Positions 48,751-58,240 of a stretch of 64,000 nucleotides of DNA are shown here, one piece after another. The stretch is from positions 1,184,001-1,248,000 of the forward strand of contig CBDDIJ010000002.1 of assembly GCA_965228855.1 (NCBI GenBank), written 5' to 3'. Source of the stretch: Candidatus Obscuribacterales bacterium (GTDB lineage: Bacteria > Cyanobacteriota > Vampirovibrionia > Obscuribacterales > Obscuribacteraceae). Position 1 is the stretch's first letter. Each line of letters opens with the position of its first letter. The notes under the pieces are model-generated. The model was not told the origin of the DNA. It saw only the letters and a program-made list of their open reading frames with translations, and searched no databases. A program made the translations under genes and the position numbers.

Positions 48751-50934
48751 ATGCTTTTGCGCAGGGCTGTATCGGTAATTTGTCTGTCGCTCATGATTGT
48801 GAGCGCATCCGGTTGCCCATGTCTGGATTCTCAGTCCGCCGTGCAAGCAGCGACCGAGTTCTCATCGGAAGCAGCGTTATTGGACGACGTTCATACCAGG
48901 CTTTCAGCTCTTATTCGTGAGTGCTATCCAAAAACCAAGGTAGTTAAAACAGGAAATAAACTTCGTATCGAGTACAAAGTTCGACCGTTCATTACGGTCG
49001 GCAATAAGACTGAGATGGCGCCGGACTTCGGAGGTCTGGCATGTGACATCGAGTTGCGACCTGGGAAATATTCCGGAAGGACTCGTCTGCCGCAACAGTA
49101 CAACGAATACAATTTCTATTCCGTCATTTTGATGGCTCCGTATTCAAAGACGCTCAATGCGCACCTTTACACCAAGCTGCTCTATCCATCGGATACGCCG
49201 CAGGAGTTTCAAGATCGATTCAAGGACTTGATGAATGAGTACGATGATGTCGCGATGGAAGTTTCCAAACCGCCTCCGACCTCTCCCGTGAGCGCGAGTG
49301 TAGCCCCTCCTGCGGCGGATCAACCAGCACCGGCTGTCGAGGAGCCTGCGTCGAACCAAGTCCCCAAATCTAGACAGATCTTCTGGAAGGCGCAACGCGG
49401 TGATGATGTTGCATACATTGTCGGCACGATACCGTTCCGCCAGACAAGCGGCAAAGCGCTTACGATGGCGCCCGAAATCAAGGATGCGTATAAGAACGCG
49501 AAGTCGGTAATCGTAGATTCGATAAACTTGACGACAAGCTTGCCTTATTCCGATAAGAGAATTCGATATGAAAACGGAGACAAGCTGTCCAAGCACCTCT
49601 CGCCTGAATCGACCAGGGCTATGAAACAGTATCTGGAATGGTCCGGTGAAACCATGGAGATGTATGAGTTTTGGAAGCCATGGCTAGCAACAGTAGCATT
49701 CGAGAATTCGGCGTTTCGACTCAACGGCTTCGAGCGTGTAGATTGGCAGCGGTTTATAGCTGAGAGAGCAAAAAAGGATTCGAAGCTCGTTCATGAAATG
49801 GAGTCGGCGGACGAGAAAGTAAAACTGTTCGAAAGTTTACCTGCTGAGACGCAAGATAAGCTACTCACCCTATCCATCAAGGAATTGATGAAATTTGATA
49901 CGGCACAGCAGGAGATTGAGTCCGCCTGGCGTTCAGGTGATGTTGAGAAATTAGAGCAAGCGGAAAATCGAGAGCTCGTTGGAGATGCGCCACTAAAGGC
50001 AGTATTCGATGAATTGAAATCTGCTCGTGTCAGTCGGCTCACTGAAGAAATTCAAACGTCACTGAAAAATGGGTCTCCGATTTTCGTCGCCGCGGACGCG
50101 CGAAATCTGCTTGGTGACGGCGGTTTGATAAGTCGGCTGACTGAGAAGGGTTTTTCTGTAACCCAGGGAAGTAGTGACACCGTCAGGTCACCTTCCGGAA
50201 CATCGCCTTCAGTGTCATCGCAGAAAGAACTGCCGATGCCGTCTTTCGGTGGTGCGCGCTTATCGCGTTATACGTATCCGGAAGGCAAGTTCAGCGTGTT
50301 GCTCCCGGGAAAACCCGACACCCGCTACACGACGAAAACCGGAATGCGGCAAGTGGAGTACATCTATCAGGATAATCAAGGCGCATACTGTGTCGGTTAC
50401 ATCATATTGCCTGGCGTTCCTCAAGCGGCTGCTATTCCATCGGCGCTCGATGCAACTGCAAACGGTTTAAAAGCGTCGTATAGAACGGTAGAGTCAAAAG
50501 AGGGTCCGGTAAGCCTTCAGGGTTATCCGGGTCGATTCATAAACATCACCAAGATTAAAGATAAGAGCGACTGGGGCGTCAACATTCGCATGTACGTTGT
50601 GGGAAAAATGTTGTACATTCTCGCCGCAGAAGGCACTCCGGCCTGGTTGCGTTCGCCGGCTGTTCAACAAGTGAGCAGCTCATTGACAGTTGTAACTCCC
50701 GAGGAAGAAGCGCGGGCGAAGCTGAGAAGCAGTCCGACACCCTCGTGGCCGGCGACCGCGAAGCCACCTGTTGCGAATTCCTCCACTCCGACAGTGATTC
50801 CTCCAGTATTTGATCCGAATGCTAAAAACCGAGGCGAGGTGGTTTCCCCTCGCAAGAAGAACTGGGGATCAGATCCTTACGGACCTGTGTCTCCGTATCA
50901 ACGAAGTCGCCATACATGGGGAGGTAATAATTGA
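48751..50934 (+). CDS. Degenerate TraB/GumN-family protein with extra N-terminal domain and C-terminal PsbP-like domain
   Basis: Paralogous blocks FWKA, LSKHLSPE, WSGETMEMYE, LQGYPGR, but GTIP, SARV and AADARNL replace GTIH, DRN and VGAAHL. Start moved to ATG 48751. Confidence 0.75.
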   Translation: MLLRRAVSVICLSLMIVSASGCPCLDSQSAVQAATEFSSEAALLDDVHTRLSALIRECYPKTKVVKTGNKLRIEYKVRPFITVGNKTEMAPDFGGLACDIELRPGKYSGRTRLPQQYNEYNFYSVILMAPYSKTLNAHLYTKLLYPSDTPQEFQDRFKDLMNEYDDVAMEVSKPPPTSPVSASVAPPAADQPAPAVEEPASNQVPKSRQIFWKAQRGDDVAYIVGTIPFRQTSGKALTMAPEIKDAYKNAKSVIVDSINLTTSLPYSDKRIRYENGDKLSKHLSPESTRAMKQYLEWSGETMEMYEFWKPWLATVAFENSAFRLNGFERVDWQRFIAERAKKDSKLVHEMESADEKVKLFESLPAETQDKLLTLSIKELMKFDTAQQEIESAWRSGDVEKLEQAENRELVGDAPLKAVFDELKSARVSRLTEEIQTSLKNGSPIFVAADARNLLGDGGLISRLTEKGFSVTQGSSDTVRSPSGTSPSVSSQKELPMPSFGGARLSRYTYPEGKFSVLLPGKPDTRYTTKTGMRQVEYIYQDNQGAYCVGYIILPGVPQAAAIPSALDATANGLKASYRTVESKEGPVSLQGYPGRFINITKIKDKSDWGVNIRMYVVGKMLYILAAEGTPAWLRSPAVQQVSSSLTVVTPEEEARAKLRSSPTPSWPATAKPPVANSSTPTVIPPVFDPNAKNRGEVVSPRKKNWGSDPYGPVSPYQRSRHTWGGNN

Positions 50935-52514
50935 GTTCTATGCGTAACCCTCGTTTTACTCGCTTCGGATTGAAGAACCGACTTCTGATCGCGTCACTGT
51001 TTTTCTTTACACAAGGCGGATTCTCTGCGGCTCTTGCCGATGAACTGGCCTGGCAAACTTATAACGACGCCGGAGAATCTTTTGTAAAACAGCAAAAGTT
51101 CTCGGAAGCAGAGGAGATACTCGCATTGGCTGTCAGTGCGGCTCGCGATATGAATTCGAACGAGAGATTGCGCACCAGTTTAACTCTCCTTGTGCAGGTT
51201 TTTGAAAAACTAAATCAGGCTGAGAAGGCTGAAGCTGTGCGCAAGGAATTGCAAGCTCTCGGTGGTCCTGTGCCGGTTGCAGTTGCCCCATCTTCGTCCG
51301 AGAGCACCGGCTCACCTGTTGCAGTTTACCCCCCATCTTCAGAAATTTCTACCGAACCCGTTTCGGAAACTCCCGAGTCTGTGTCTGATGCCTCGTTGCC
51401 TGCGTCCGCGACTGAAACGTCTACAAAGTCGAAATCACCTGACAGCAGCATGCAGGAGGTAAAAACTGAAGACGGGGATGTCGATAAGTTGATTCAACAA
51501 CTGTCGAGTGAACGTGAGGGCTTGCGACAGTCAGATGGTGCTGGCGCCTCGAATTCAACGTCAGGCTCACGATCTGACCGGATAGCTTCGACACTACCGC
51601 CGGTGGCAGCATCGGGAACTACAATTTCTGCAACAGAAGTGAAACAGTTGACGGGACCTTTTGATTTTTCAATTTCAATCTGTTTTGCTCCGAATTCCAA
51701 TTATGCAGCGTCGAGTGGCGGCGACCAGATCGCGCGGTACTGGGACATTTCTTCCGGTAAGGAAATTTCGCAGTGCGCCGGTCACAAGGGAAACGTAAAT
51801 TCGGTTTCGTTTTCCAGGGATGGTCTGAGAATAGTTACCGGAGGCGATGACCAGACTGTTCGCATATTCGCTGCCGGTAGCGGTCAGCAAGAGAAGCTAA
51901 TGGAGGGGCACAAGAATACTGTTCTATGCGCTGCCTTCTCGCAGGACATGAGGCGCGTTGCCTCCGGTTCCTTTGATGGCGCGATTATTATTTGGGATGC
52001 GGAAACCGGCTCCAGGGTAGGAACTCTGGAAGGGCACACCCGACCGGTGAGAAGCGTTATGTTCTCACCATCCGGTGATAAGCTGGTCTCCGCGAGCGAC
52101 GACCATACATTAATCATTTGGGATGCGAACTCGTTGAAGCCTTTGAATACGCTGAAGGGGCACACTGACTATGTCCTCAGTCTAGATATCTCGCCGGATG
52201 GTAATCGAATAATCAGCGGTGGCCGCGATCTCAAGGTTCGCTTGTGGGATATGAACAACGGCAGCGAACTGCAGGTCATGGAAGGTCATAAAAATTGGGT
52301 TCAGCGAGTGCGTTTTATGAATAGTGGTAACCAGGCCATGACCGGAAGTCTGGACAAAACTGTGCGAATCTGGGATGTTTCATCCGGTGCATTGCAAACC
52401 ACCGTTGAAGGTTTTGAGTGGGGACTGTGGGCCGAGGACTTTGCTCCTGATTCCAGGCAAGTCTTGACGGGAAGCAATGATAAAACCATCCGAGTTTGGT
52501 CGCTGCCAAACTAG
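50931..52514 (+). CDS. Secreted WD40-repeat protein with N-terminal TPR-like helices
   Basis: Signal peptide, TPR-like helix pair, Ser/Thr/Pro linker, seven GH...WD repeats. Confidence 0.9.
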   Translation: MSSMRNPRFTRFGLKNRLLIASLFFFTQGGFSAALADELAWQTYNDAGESFVKQQKFSEAEEILALAVSAARDMNSNERLRTSLTLLVQVFEKLNQAEKAEAVRKELQALGGPVPVAVAPSSSESTGSPVAVYPPSSEISTEPVSETPESVSDASLPASATETSTKSKSPDSSMQEVKTEDGDVDKLIQQLSSEREGLRQSDGAGASNSTSGSRSDRIASTLPPVAASGTTISATEVKQLTGPFDFSISICFAPNSNYAASSGGDQIARYWDISSGKEISQCAGHKGNVNSVSFSRDGLRIVTGGDDQTVRIFAAGSGQQEKLMEGHKNTVLCAAFSQDMRRVASGSFDGAIIIWDAETGSRVGTLEGHTRPVRSVMFSPSGDKLVSASDDHTLIIWDANSLKPLNTLKGHTDYVLSLDISPDGNRIISGGRDLKVRLWDMNNGSELQVMEGHKNWVQRVRFMNSGNQAMTGSLDKTVRIWDVSSGALQTTVEGFEWGLWAEDFAPDSRQVLTGSNDKTIRVWSLPN

Positions 52515-52527
52515 CAAGCAGGGCATC

Positions 52528-52959
52528 ATGTTTCCAACAAATTTAGAGGCGATCAATATTCTTGTAGCAGGTAAAAGTCAGGCAAACGTTGACCTGGCGA
52601 AGGCTGCTTACCAGGGAATGGACTATCAAGTAATTCCTGCGCCGGGAACGTCACTTGCTTTGTTTCTCGCGCAGAAGAATTACCCCGATTTGATCATTTG
52701 CGATGGCACACTCACTGACGGAGATGGAATCACGTTTCTAAGTGAGCTCAAGGCTGATCCGGAGTTGGCGGAGATTCCGTTTGTATTTTTAGTGGATAAA
52801 CTGCATGGCGGTTTAGATGAAAACCTTGCCATCACATCCGGTGCCGTCAATGTTTTCTATCATCCTATAGAAGCTGCCTGGCTGAAGGAATGCACGGTGC
52901 CGATCATTACCCACCGTTCTCAAACCAAAGAAAAGCGAGCTGAACAAACGCCTGAGTAG
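52528..52959 (+). CDS. Atypical single-domain response regulator receiver
   Basis: PDLIICD, DGDG, IPFVFL, GA fold motifs, but acidic pocket, Thr/Ser and Lys are replaced. Start moved to ATG 52528. Confidence 0.7.
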   Translation: MFPTNLEAINILVAGKSQANVDLAKAAYQGMDYQVIPAPGTSLALFLAQKNYPDLIICDGTLTDGDGITFLSELKADPELAEIPFVFLVDKLHGGLDENLAITSGAVNVFYHPIEAAWLKECTVPIITHRSQTKEKRAEQTPE

Positions 52960-52987
52960 CAGGCCCGAAGAAAGTCCTTCTCATTGC

Positions 52988-53071
52988 AAACGAAAAGCGC
53001 CCGGCTTCCGCAAACCGAGCGCCCATCGTTGTTTTGCCCAATCCTGCATTCGGCTTCCGCAAACCGAATGC
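52988..53071 (-). terminator. Tandem hairpins with identical apex; the distal one is a Rho-independent terminator
   Basis: Minus strand GCATT-CGGTTTGCGGAAGCCG-AATGC and GCGCT-CGGTTTGCGGAAGCCG-GGCGC followed by TTTTCGTTT, downstream of the 53096-54721 gene. Confidence 0.7.
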
Positions 53072-53095
53072 TCTTCCTTGTGGCCCACTAAAACC

Positions 53096-54721
53096 CTATT
53101 TTTGTTGTTCCGGTTTCACGTACATCGTATACAGCTCATTGGCTTTAGCTGCTTGGCGCAAGCTTTCCATTGATATGGTGCTGTTTGCTACTTCTCGTGT
53201 GTTGCGAATTGTGCCGCGAGGACCGTAGTTGTCTTGTACGGTGTAGGTTCCTCTCAGGCGTCTGACATCCTGGCTGTCCCAGTTGTTGATCAGGTCTTGA
53301 ATATAAGCTCTGTTTTGCGGTGTGAATTGACCGCTGCCGACGTCTCCGTTGCGCGAACGCCAGTCGTATTCTTCAACGTAGCGTTTCAGATCCTTCTTGC
53401 TGACTTCACCGTCGATATCACCCTTGATACCATCGAGTACATTGAAAAGTGAGTCGTTGGGATGGCCGCTTCCGGTTTCGAACATCGGCGCCATGATGTC
53501 TCTCGAGTGAGCGGTGGCGAGGTCCTGGGTGTAGCGAGCCTGCCGTCCGGCTTCGTTGGTCTCGAATGTCGATTGCGCGTTGCGAACATTTCTGTCCAGA
53601 TCTTTTTGATTTACGACTTTTCCGTTTCCTGACAGAGTATCGAATTCATCTTGAATCTGGTGCAGTTTATGGAAACTGTCTTTGTTTCTGGTTGTGCGGA
53701 TACCGAGGTCGGTTTCACCGCGATTGACCGCATCATCGCCGGTGATGTCATAGCGTTTGAGGTTGTTGCGCCCCCAACCGCTCAAGTCGGCTGCCGATGC
53801 GATTCTTTCAGCTTCAGCGTCGCGAGCCATTTTGTCTTCGAGGCGAGGATCGGATACCGCTTTACTGAAGTGTTTCGGAGGTGTAACTTCGAGAACCATC
53901 TCGGAACGTACTGTCGGAGCTTCTTTGCGTGGTGCCAGTTTTGCGTCTACAAAGCGACCGAACAGTTGTTCTTGTCCGACACCGCCGGCTTGAGCGAGAC
54001 TCTCCATGCTCAGTGTGCTGTTGGTGACTTCACGATCGTCGGACGTAGTCCAGTGTCCACGGAGGTTCTTAACTTCAGGACTGTTCCAGTTATCCAGTAA
54101 GTTCTGAACGACTTGACGCGATTTTTCGTTGAACTGTCCCGAATTGACATCGCCGTAGCGTGCGCGGCGGTCGTATTCATCCATATACTTTTCGAGGTCA
54201 CGCTTGCTGATTTCTCCATCCGGCTTGCGGTCTCTCATCGTATCCAGTACGCGGAATAGCGAACCGTTGGGGTTGCCGTCCGGGGTGGCAAACAGTGGTT
54301 TCATCATGCCACGAGCGTGGGCTTGTTGTTGTTCGAGCATCTCTTGCTGCCGGCGCGCCATCTCGTTTTCCTGAGCTTGCTTTACTTCGCTCTCGAAGTT
54401 TCTTTGCAGGTCTTTGACAGAGATCGCGTCCTTTCTTCCCTTGAGGTGAGGGAACTGTTCTTCCATGAGCGTGAGCATCTCACGGTCCTGTTTTGATCCG
54501 CTTGTGCGCAGTCCGAGGTCGATCTCTCCGAGATTGACGCGGTCGTCTCCTGAAACATCGAAGCGGTTGAGATTGTTTGTGCCCCAGTTAAGCAACTTGC
54601 CTGCCTGGTCAACTCTGGCGTCGTCTTGAAGTCTAGCTAGTGTGCGCGGATCGGAATTTTGGGCATCAGGTTTGCCGGCGTCGGGTTTAACCCGGACGTC
54701 AAAGTCTTCATATCCAGACAT
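53096..54721 (-). CDS. Internally duplicated protein with EF-hand-like loops
   Basis: Two ~260-aa repeats (WGTNNLNRFDVSGDDRVNLGEIDLGLRT / WGRNNLKRYDITGDDAVNRGETDLGIRT; DGEISKRDL / DGEVSKKDL); AGGAG RBS. Confidence 0.75.
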   Translation of the reverse strand: MSGYEDFDVRVKPDAGKPDAQNSDPRTLARLQDDARVDQAGKLLNWGTNNLNRFDVSGDDRVNLGEIDLGLRTSGSKQDREMLTLMEEQFPHLKGRKDAISVKDLQRNFESEVKQAQENEMARRQQEMLEQQQAHARGMMKPLFATPDGNPNGSLFRVLDTMRDRKPDGEISKRDLEKYMDEYDRRARYGDVNSGQFNEKSRQVVQNLLDNWNSPEVKNLRGHWTTSDDREVTNSTLSMESLAQAGGVGQEQLFGRFVDAKLAPRKEAPTVRSEMVLEVTPPKHFSKAVSDPRLEDKMARDAEAERIASAADLSGWGRNNLKRYDITGDDAVNRGETDLGIRTTRNKDSFHKLHQIQDEFDTLSGNGKVVNQKDLDRNVRNAQSTFETNEAGRQARYTQDLATAHSRDIMAPMFETGSGHPNDSLFNVLDGIKGDIDGEVSKKDLKRYVEEYDWRSRNGDVGSGQFTPQNRAYIQDLINNWDSQDVRRLRGTYTVQDNYGPRGTIRNTREVANSTISMESLRQAAKANELYTMYVKPEQQK

Positions 54722-54927
54722 GGTGTCTCTATCTCCTAAAATAGAATCAGCACGCCGAGAGCGGATCGGTCGCGTGATATTGAGTGGATGTGAGCAGCGA
54801 TAAATTGCTTAAGTGCAGAGCGTACTGAGTATTATGCAAACTGCCTGGCCGCTTGTCAGCAGGGAAAATACGTATTCACAAAAAAGATCCATTTGGTTTT
54901 TGTGAAAACTATGGATATTGTTGAGTT

Positions 54928-56886
54928 TTAGGGCTTTTCCCCCGGTTTTGAGACTTGATTTGAGGACGAAACCAACTGCGCTTCTGTTCGCCTTATGAGG
55001 TCACGCAGGTCAGACGGTTTGAGAGGCGGTTGGTGCGGGCGAGAGGCGTTCTCCGAGCGATACTTTGATATTTGAGCCAGGGCGGAACCTGTTGCTCCGC
55101 CATCGGGAGCAATCTGCTTGTAGCGCTCCAGGTCTTTAGCGGCGTCCTCGAATTTGCCTAAGCAGAAATAGGCGATTCCTCTTATAAAGTACGGTTTGGA
55201 TTTGTCCGGCTCCTTTTCGATTTGGCGTGTGGCAACCATGATGCAATCCAGGAGTTCCTGGGCGCTCAAGCGCTGATACTTTCCGTCTGGGGTTGCGACA
55301 GCTTTTGCAATGTTCGTTTTTCGCCGAGGCGACAAGGGCTTGGACGCGCGCGCCGCCGGTGAAGAGAGTTTTGTTACTCGCAGCGTTTTTCTGGAGTCTG
55401 CATCGTCGCGGGTCGATAGAGATCGTGTTGCGGAAACTATCGTCAATTTAGGTGACGGCGACCTTGTTCTCAGCTGTCTGGTCAACACCCGAACACCTCG
55501 ATCCGGAGCGGTTTTTCTTGCATCATAAGTGCCGTTCTTCAAAAAGATAAAAGCAAGTTCTGGAGCGAGTCTAATCGCTTCATCCAGATGGCTGTTCGCG
55601 GTCTGGTCGCCGAGTTCGTTAAGAGTGGCTCCCAGATTGAATTCGGCTATTGCGAGTGAATCCGGACTGGCTGAAGCTTTGTATCTGAAAGATTCCTCGA
55701 GCGCTTTTTTTGCCTCAGGAAACCGGCGCGCTCGACGAAGCGCCGCCCCCAGAGCTTGATAGCCATATGGACTGGATGGCGCAAGCGCGTATGCTTTTCG
55801 TGCGTCTTTGATTGAGTCGTCGAAGCGTCCAACGCGGGACAAGGCTGCCGAGCGATTTATATACGCGTCAACGTAGTCGGGATTGAGCTGTATCAGAAGA
55901 TCGAAGTCGCGTATTGCTTCAAAGGGGCGGTCTATGTCGAGGTTGGCTATGGCTCGCGCATTGAGTGCTTCTGCGGATCGCGGCTCCATGAGGAACGCTC
56001 GCGTAGCATCGGCGAGTTCTAAATCTGTTTTTTTCAACAATGCATAGATCTTTGACCTTACGCGATACCCACCGGCGAAAGTCGGGTCTAGCAAGACGGC
56101 CACGTTTGCGTAATTCAGCGCGTCCTGGTGTTTGCCAATGGCGCTGAGGTTTTCTGCGTAGCTTTTAAGTGCAAGAACATCGCGTGGAAATGCTGTAAGT
56201 AGTTCGACATCTGCGGCTAGAGCTTCGTCTGTCCGTTTGTTCTCCTGAAGTTTTTCGATCTTCTCGCTCAGCGAATCCAGTAATTTCTGACGGGCTGCTA
56301 GAAGCGTTTTCCCTTTGGTTAGAAACTGTTGCGATTCTATTCCTTTTCCGTGATCCTGGTAGTATGCCGCTTTGGCGAGGTAGGCGTCGGGGACGTTGGC
56401 GTTTAAACTCAAAGCGCGGTCAATTTCATCCAACCCTTCTTTGGGCCGTTTCATCAGCAAGTACAAACGGCCGAGCGTATTGTGCAGGTGCGCGTGCTCC
56501 GGGCACAGCGCCAGCGCGCGCTTCAGGTCGGCCAGGGCCGCTGTTTGCTGTTTTAAGTGAAAACGGCTGAGCGCTCTAATTTCCAGAGCCTCTGCATAGA
56601 GCCGTTTCTGCAAGTCACTACATTTAGTATCAGCGCGCAGCAAGGGTATAACTTTCGAACAGCTTTGAACCGGCTCTTTATCCAGTCTCTTTAAGAGCTC
56701 AGACATTCGCGCATCGGCTTGCTTGAAAAATCCGGTTTCTTGCAAATAAATACCGTAGCCGAAATCTGTTAGATCCTGAAACAACATATCGTCTGAAGTC
56801 GCCGCTGCTGCCGGCTTACACGCAGACGAAAAAACAACTAGCGTTGTAGCGATAGATTGAAAGACTCGTTTGGAAAACGAATTCAA
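54928..56886 (-). CDS. Exported tetratricopeptide repeat protein
   Basis: Signal-like N-terminus; multiple TPR units (e.g. AIRDFDLLIQLNPDYVDAYINRSAAL); 1 nt downstream of the TetR gene. Confidence 0.85.
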   Translation of the reverse strand: MNSFSKRVFQSIATTLVVFSSACKPAAAATSDDMLFQDLTDFGYGIYLQETGFFKQADARMSELLKRLDKEPVQSCSKVIPLLRADTKCSDLQKRLYAEALEIRALSRFHLKQQTAALADLKRALALCPEHAHLHNTLGRLYLLMKRPKEGLDEIDRALSLNANVPDAYLAKAAYYQDHGKGIESQQFLTKGKTLLAARQKLLDSLSEKIEKLQENKRTDEALAADVELLTAFPRDVLALKSYAENLSAIGKHQDALNYANVAVLLDPTFAGGYRVRSKIYALLKKTDLELADATRAFLMEPRSAEALNARAIANLDIDRPFEAIRDFDLLIQLNPDYVDAYINRSAALSRVGRFDDSIKDARKAYALAPSSPYGYQALGAALRRARRFPEAKKALEESFRYKASASPDSLAIAEFNLGATLNELGDQTANSHLDEAIRLAPELAFIFLKNGTYDARKTAPDRGVRVLTRQLRTRSPSPKLTIVSATRSLSTRDDADSRKTLRVTKLSSPAARASKPLSPRRKTNIAKAVATPDGKYQRLSAQELLDCIMVATRQIEKEPDKSKPYFIRGIAYFCLGKFEDAAKDLERYKQIAPDGGATGSALAQISKYRSENASRPHQPPLKPSDLRDLIRRTEAQLVSSSNQVSKPGEKP

Positions 56887-56887
56887 A

Positions 56888-57508
56888 TCAGGCTTTCAGA
56901 ACGTTGTTGAACATCACTTCAATAAACATATCGAGCGGTCCGCAGCACTTGGTAGTCTTAGCGCGCATCATCGCCCCTTCCCAGCCGGAAAGAAACAGTT
57001 CCGCCATCGAATGAGGCGAAAATGACTTGTTGATTTCTCCGCGGTTTTGACCCTCTTCAATACAGCTTGCGAACAGATCTCTCCACTTGGACATTACTTG
57101 ACCGAGTGCCTGGCGCAAAGATTCGCTCTGATCCGCCATCTCCTGAGAGAGGTTTCCAACCAGGCACCCGCGTCTACACTCATTGGAATAGAACTTCTCT
57201 TTCGATTGCTCGCAGTGTTGGCGCAGTCGCTCGAGCGGTGACACTTCGGGATTGCGCAGTGTACGAAGTAGATTAGCCGTGTTCGCCTGATCAAAATGAG
57301 CGATGATCTGCAAGGCAAAATCTTCTTTGCTATCGAAATAGTGATAGAACGAGCCTTTTGGCACGCCGATCCGGGAAAGAACTTCCTGAATTCCGGTGTT
57401 CGTGTAACCTTTCTCGATCATCACATCCATGCCGGTTTCGAGGAGGGCGGTTTTGGTGTCCTGTTTCGTAGATGCTCTTGGTGTCATTGGTTGCTGAACT
57501 TGGCTCAT
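56888..57508 (-). CDS. TetR-family repressor, NemR/AcuR-like
   Basis: KGYTNTGIQEVL..IGVPKGSFYHYFDSKE HTH; GCLVGNLSQEMA and WEGAMMRAK typical of the NemR subgroup; several Cys. Confidence 0.9.
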   Translation of the reverse strand: MSQVQQPMTPRASTKQDTKTALLETGMDVMIEKGYTNTGIQEVLSRIGVPKGSFYHYFDSKEDFALQIIAHFDQANTANLLRTLRNPEVSPLERLRQHCEQSKEKFYSNECRRGCLVGNLSQEMADQSESLRQALGQVMSKWRDLFASCIEEGQNRGEINKSFSPHSMAELFLSGWEGAMMRAKTTKCCGPLDMFIEVMFNNVLKA

Positions 57509-57545
57509 AGTTAAGACTCACTTTCTATATTAACATATTCCCAAC

Positions 57546-57560
57546 TAGACCGGTCGTATA
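57546..57560. promoter_or_regulatory. TetR operator copy 1
   Basis: TAGACCGGTCGTATA, 37 nt upstream of the TetR start. Confidence 0.7.
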
Positions 57561-57724
57561 TCGTCGCTGACCATTTGTTTGACTGTGGCGTGTGCAGCAC
57601 GTCTTCGCATTGTTTTAGCGAGGAACTCATCTGCGAAAAGCCAGAGGACGATGCCGCTCAGTAGTATTTCCCAGAAATTTTCGAATAACATGGCAGTTTC
57701 TCCAGTAGTGGTGGTTTTGTTGAC

Positions 57725-57958
57725 TCAGGCGACTTGATCCTTGTAATTAGACCGGTCGACTAATTTAGAGACAAAAAATTTGGGACCAAATTTCATTTCC
57801 AGGCTGTGCTTCTTTGCGTAGGCGGTTTCGGACGCGATTTGCCTGCTGCGCAGCTGGCGCTTCCAGATTTGTCCAAGAATAGCAGGGCATTCAGTTTTGC
57901 CCGAATCGTCGCCGTCGCATTCGATGATCTGTAGAGGGAGTTGTTCGTCATTAAACAT
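57725..57958 (-). CDS. Small hypothetical protein (77 aa) upstream of the TetR gene
   Basis: ATG 57958 with GAGGT RBS and a sigma70-like promoter upstream; no recognisable domain. Confidence 0.45.
   Translation of the reverse strand: MFNDEQLPLQIIECDGDDSGKTECPAILGQIWKRQLRSRQIASETAYAKKHSLEMKFGPKFFVSKLVDRSNYKDQVA
57748..57762. promoter_or_regulatory. TetR operator copy 2
   Basis: TAGACCGGTCGACTA within AATTAG...CTAATT palindromic flanks. Confidence 0.65.
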
Positions 57959-57994
57959 TGGAGTTACCTCTTGAGTGGTGGCGTTGACATCACT

Positions 57995-58024
57995 AGAATA
58001 GACCGGTCGTCTACTAATTGTCAA
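57995..58024 (-). promoter_or_regulatory. Sigma70-like promoter overlapped by TetR operator copy 3
   Basis: Minus strand TTGACA (58024-58019), 18 nt, TATTCT (58000-57995); operator TAGAC-CGGTC-GTCTA (57999-58013) fills the spacer. Confidence 0.75.
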
Positions 58025-58240
58025 CCCACCCCGTTAATGTTTTCGATGATCGCTGGAAACCGCTCTCAATAACCAACGGAAAGTAAGGCAGTCTTAGCGA
58101 AATCGGGTGATGGTTTAACTAGTCCTTTCAAATGCGGGAAACATATTTCGCGTAACTTTTGTCTTCTGGCTACGTATGTGGAGGCGGCAGGTGTGGTTGA
58201 ATTGTCTGCTGCTCAGCAGGAGCGTTTTAAGGAGGTCACG

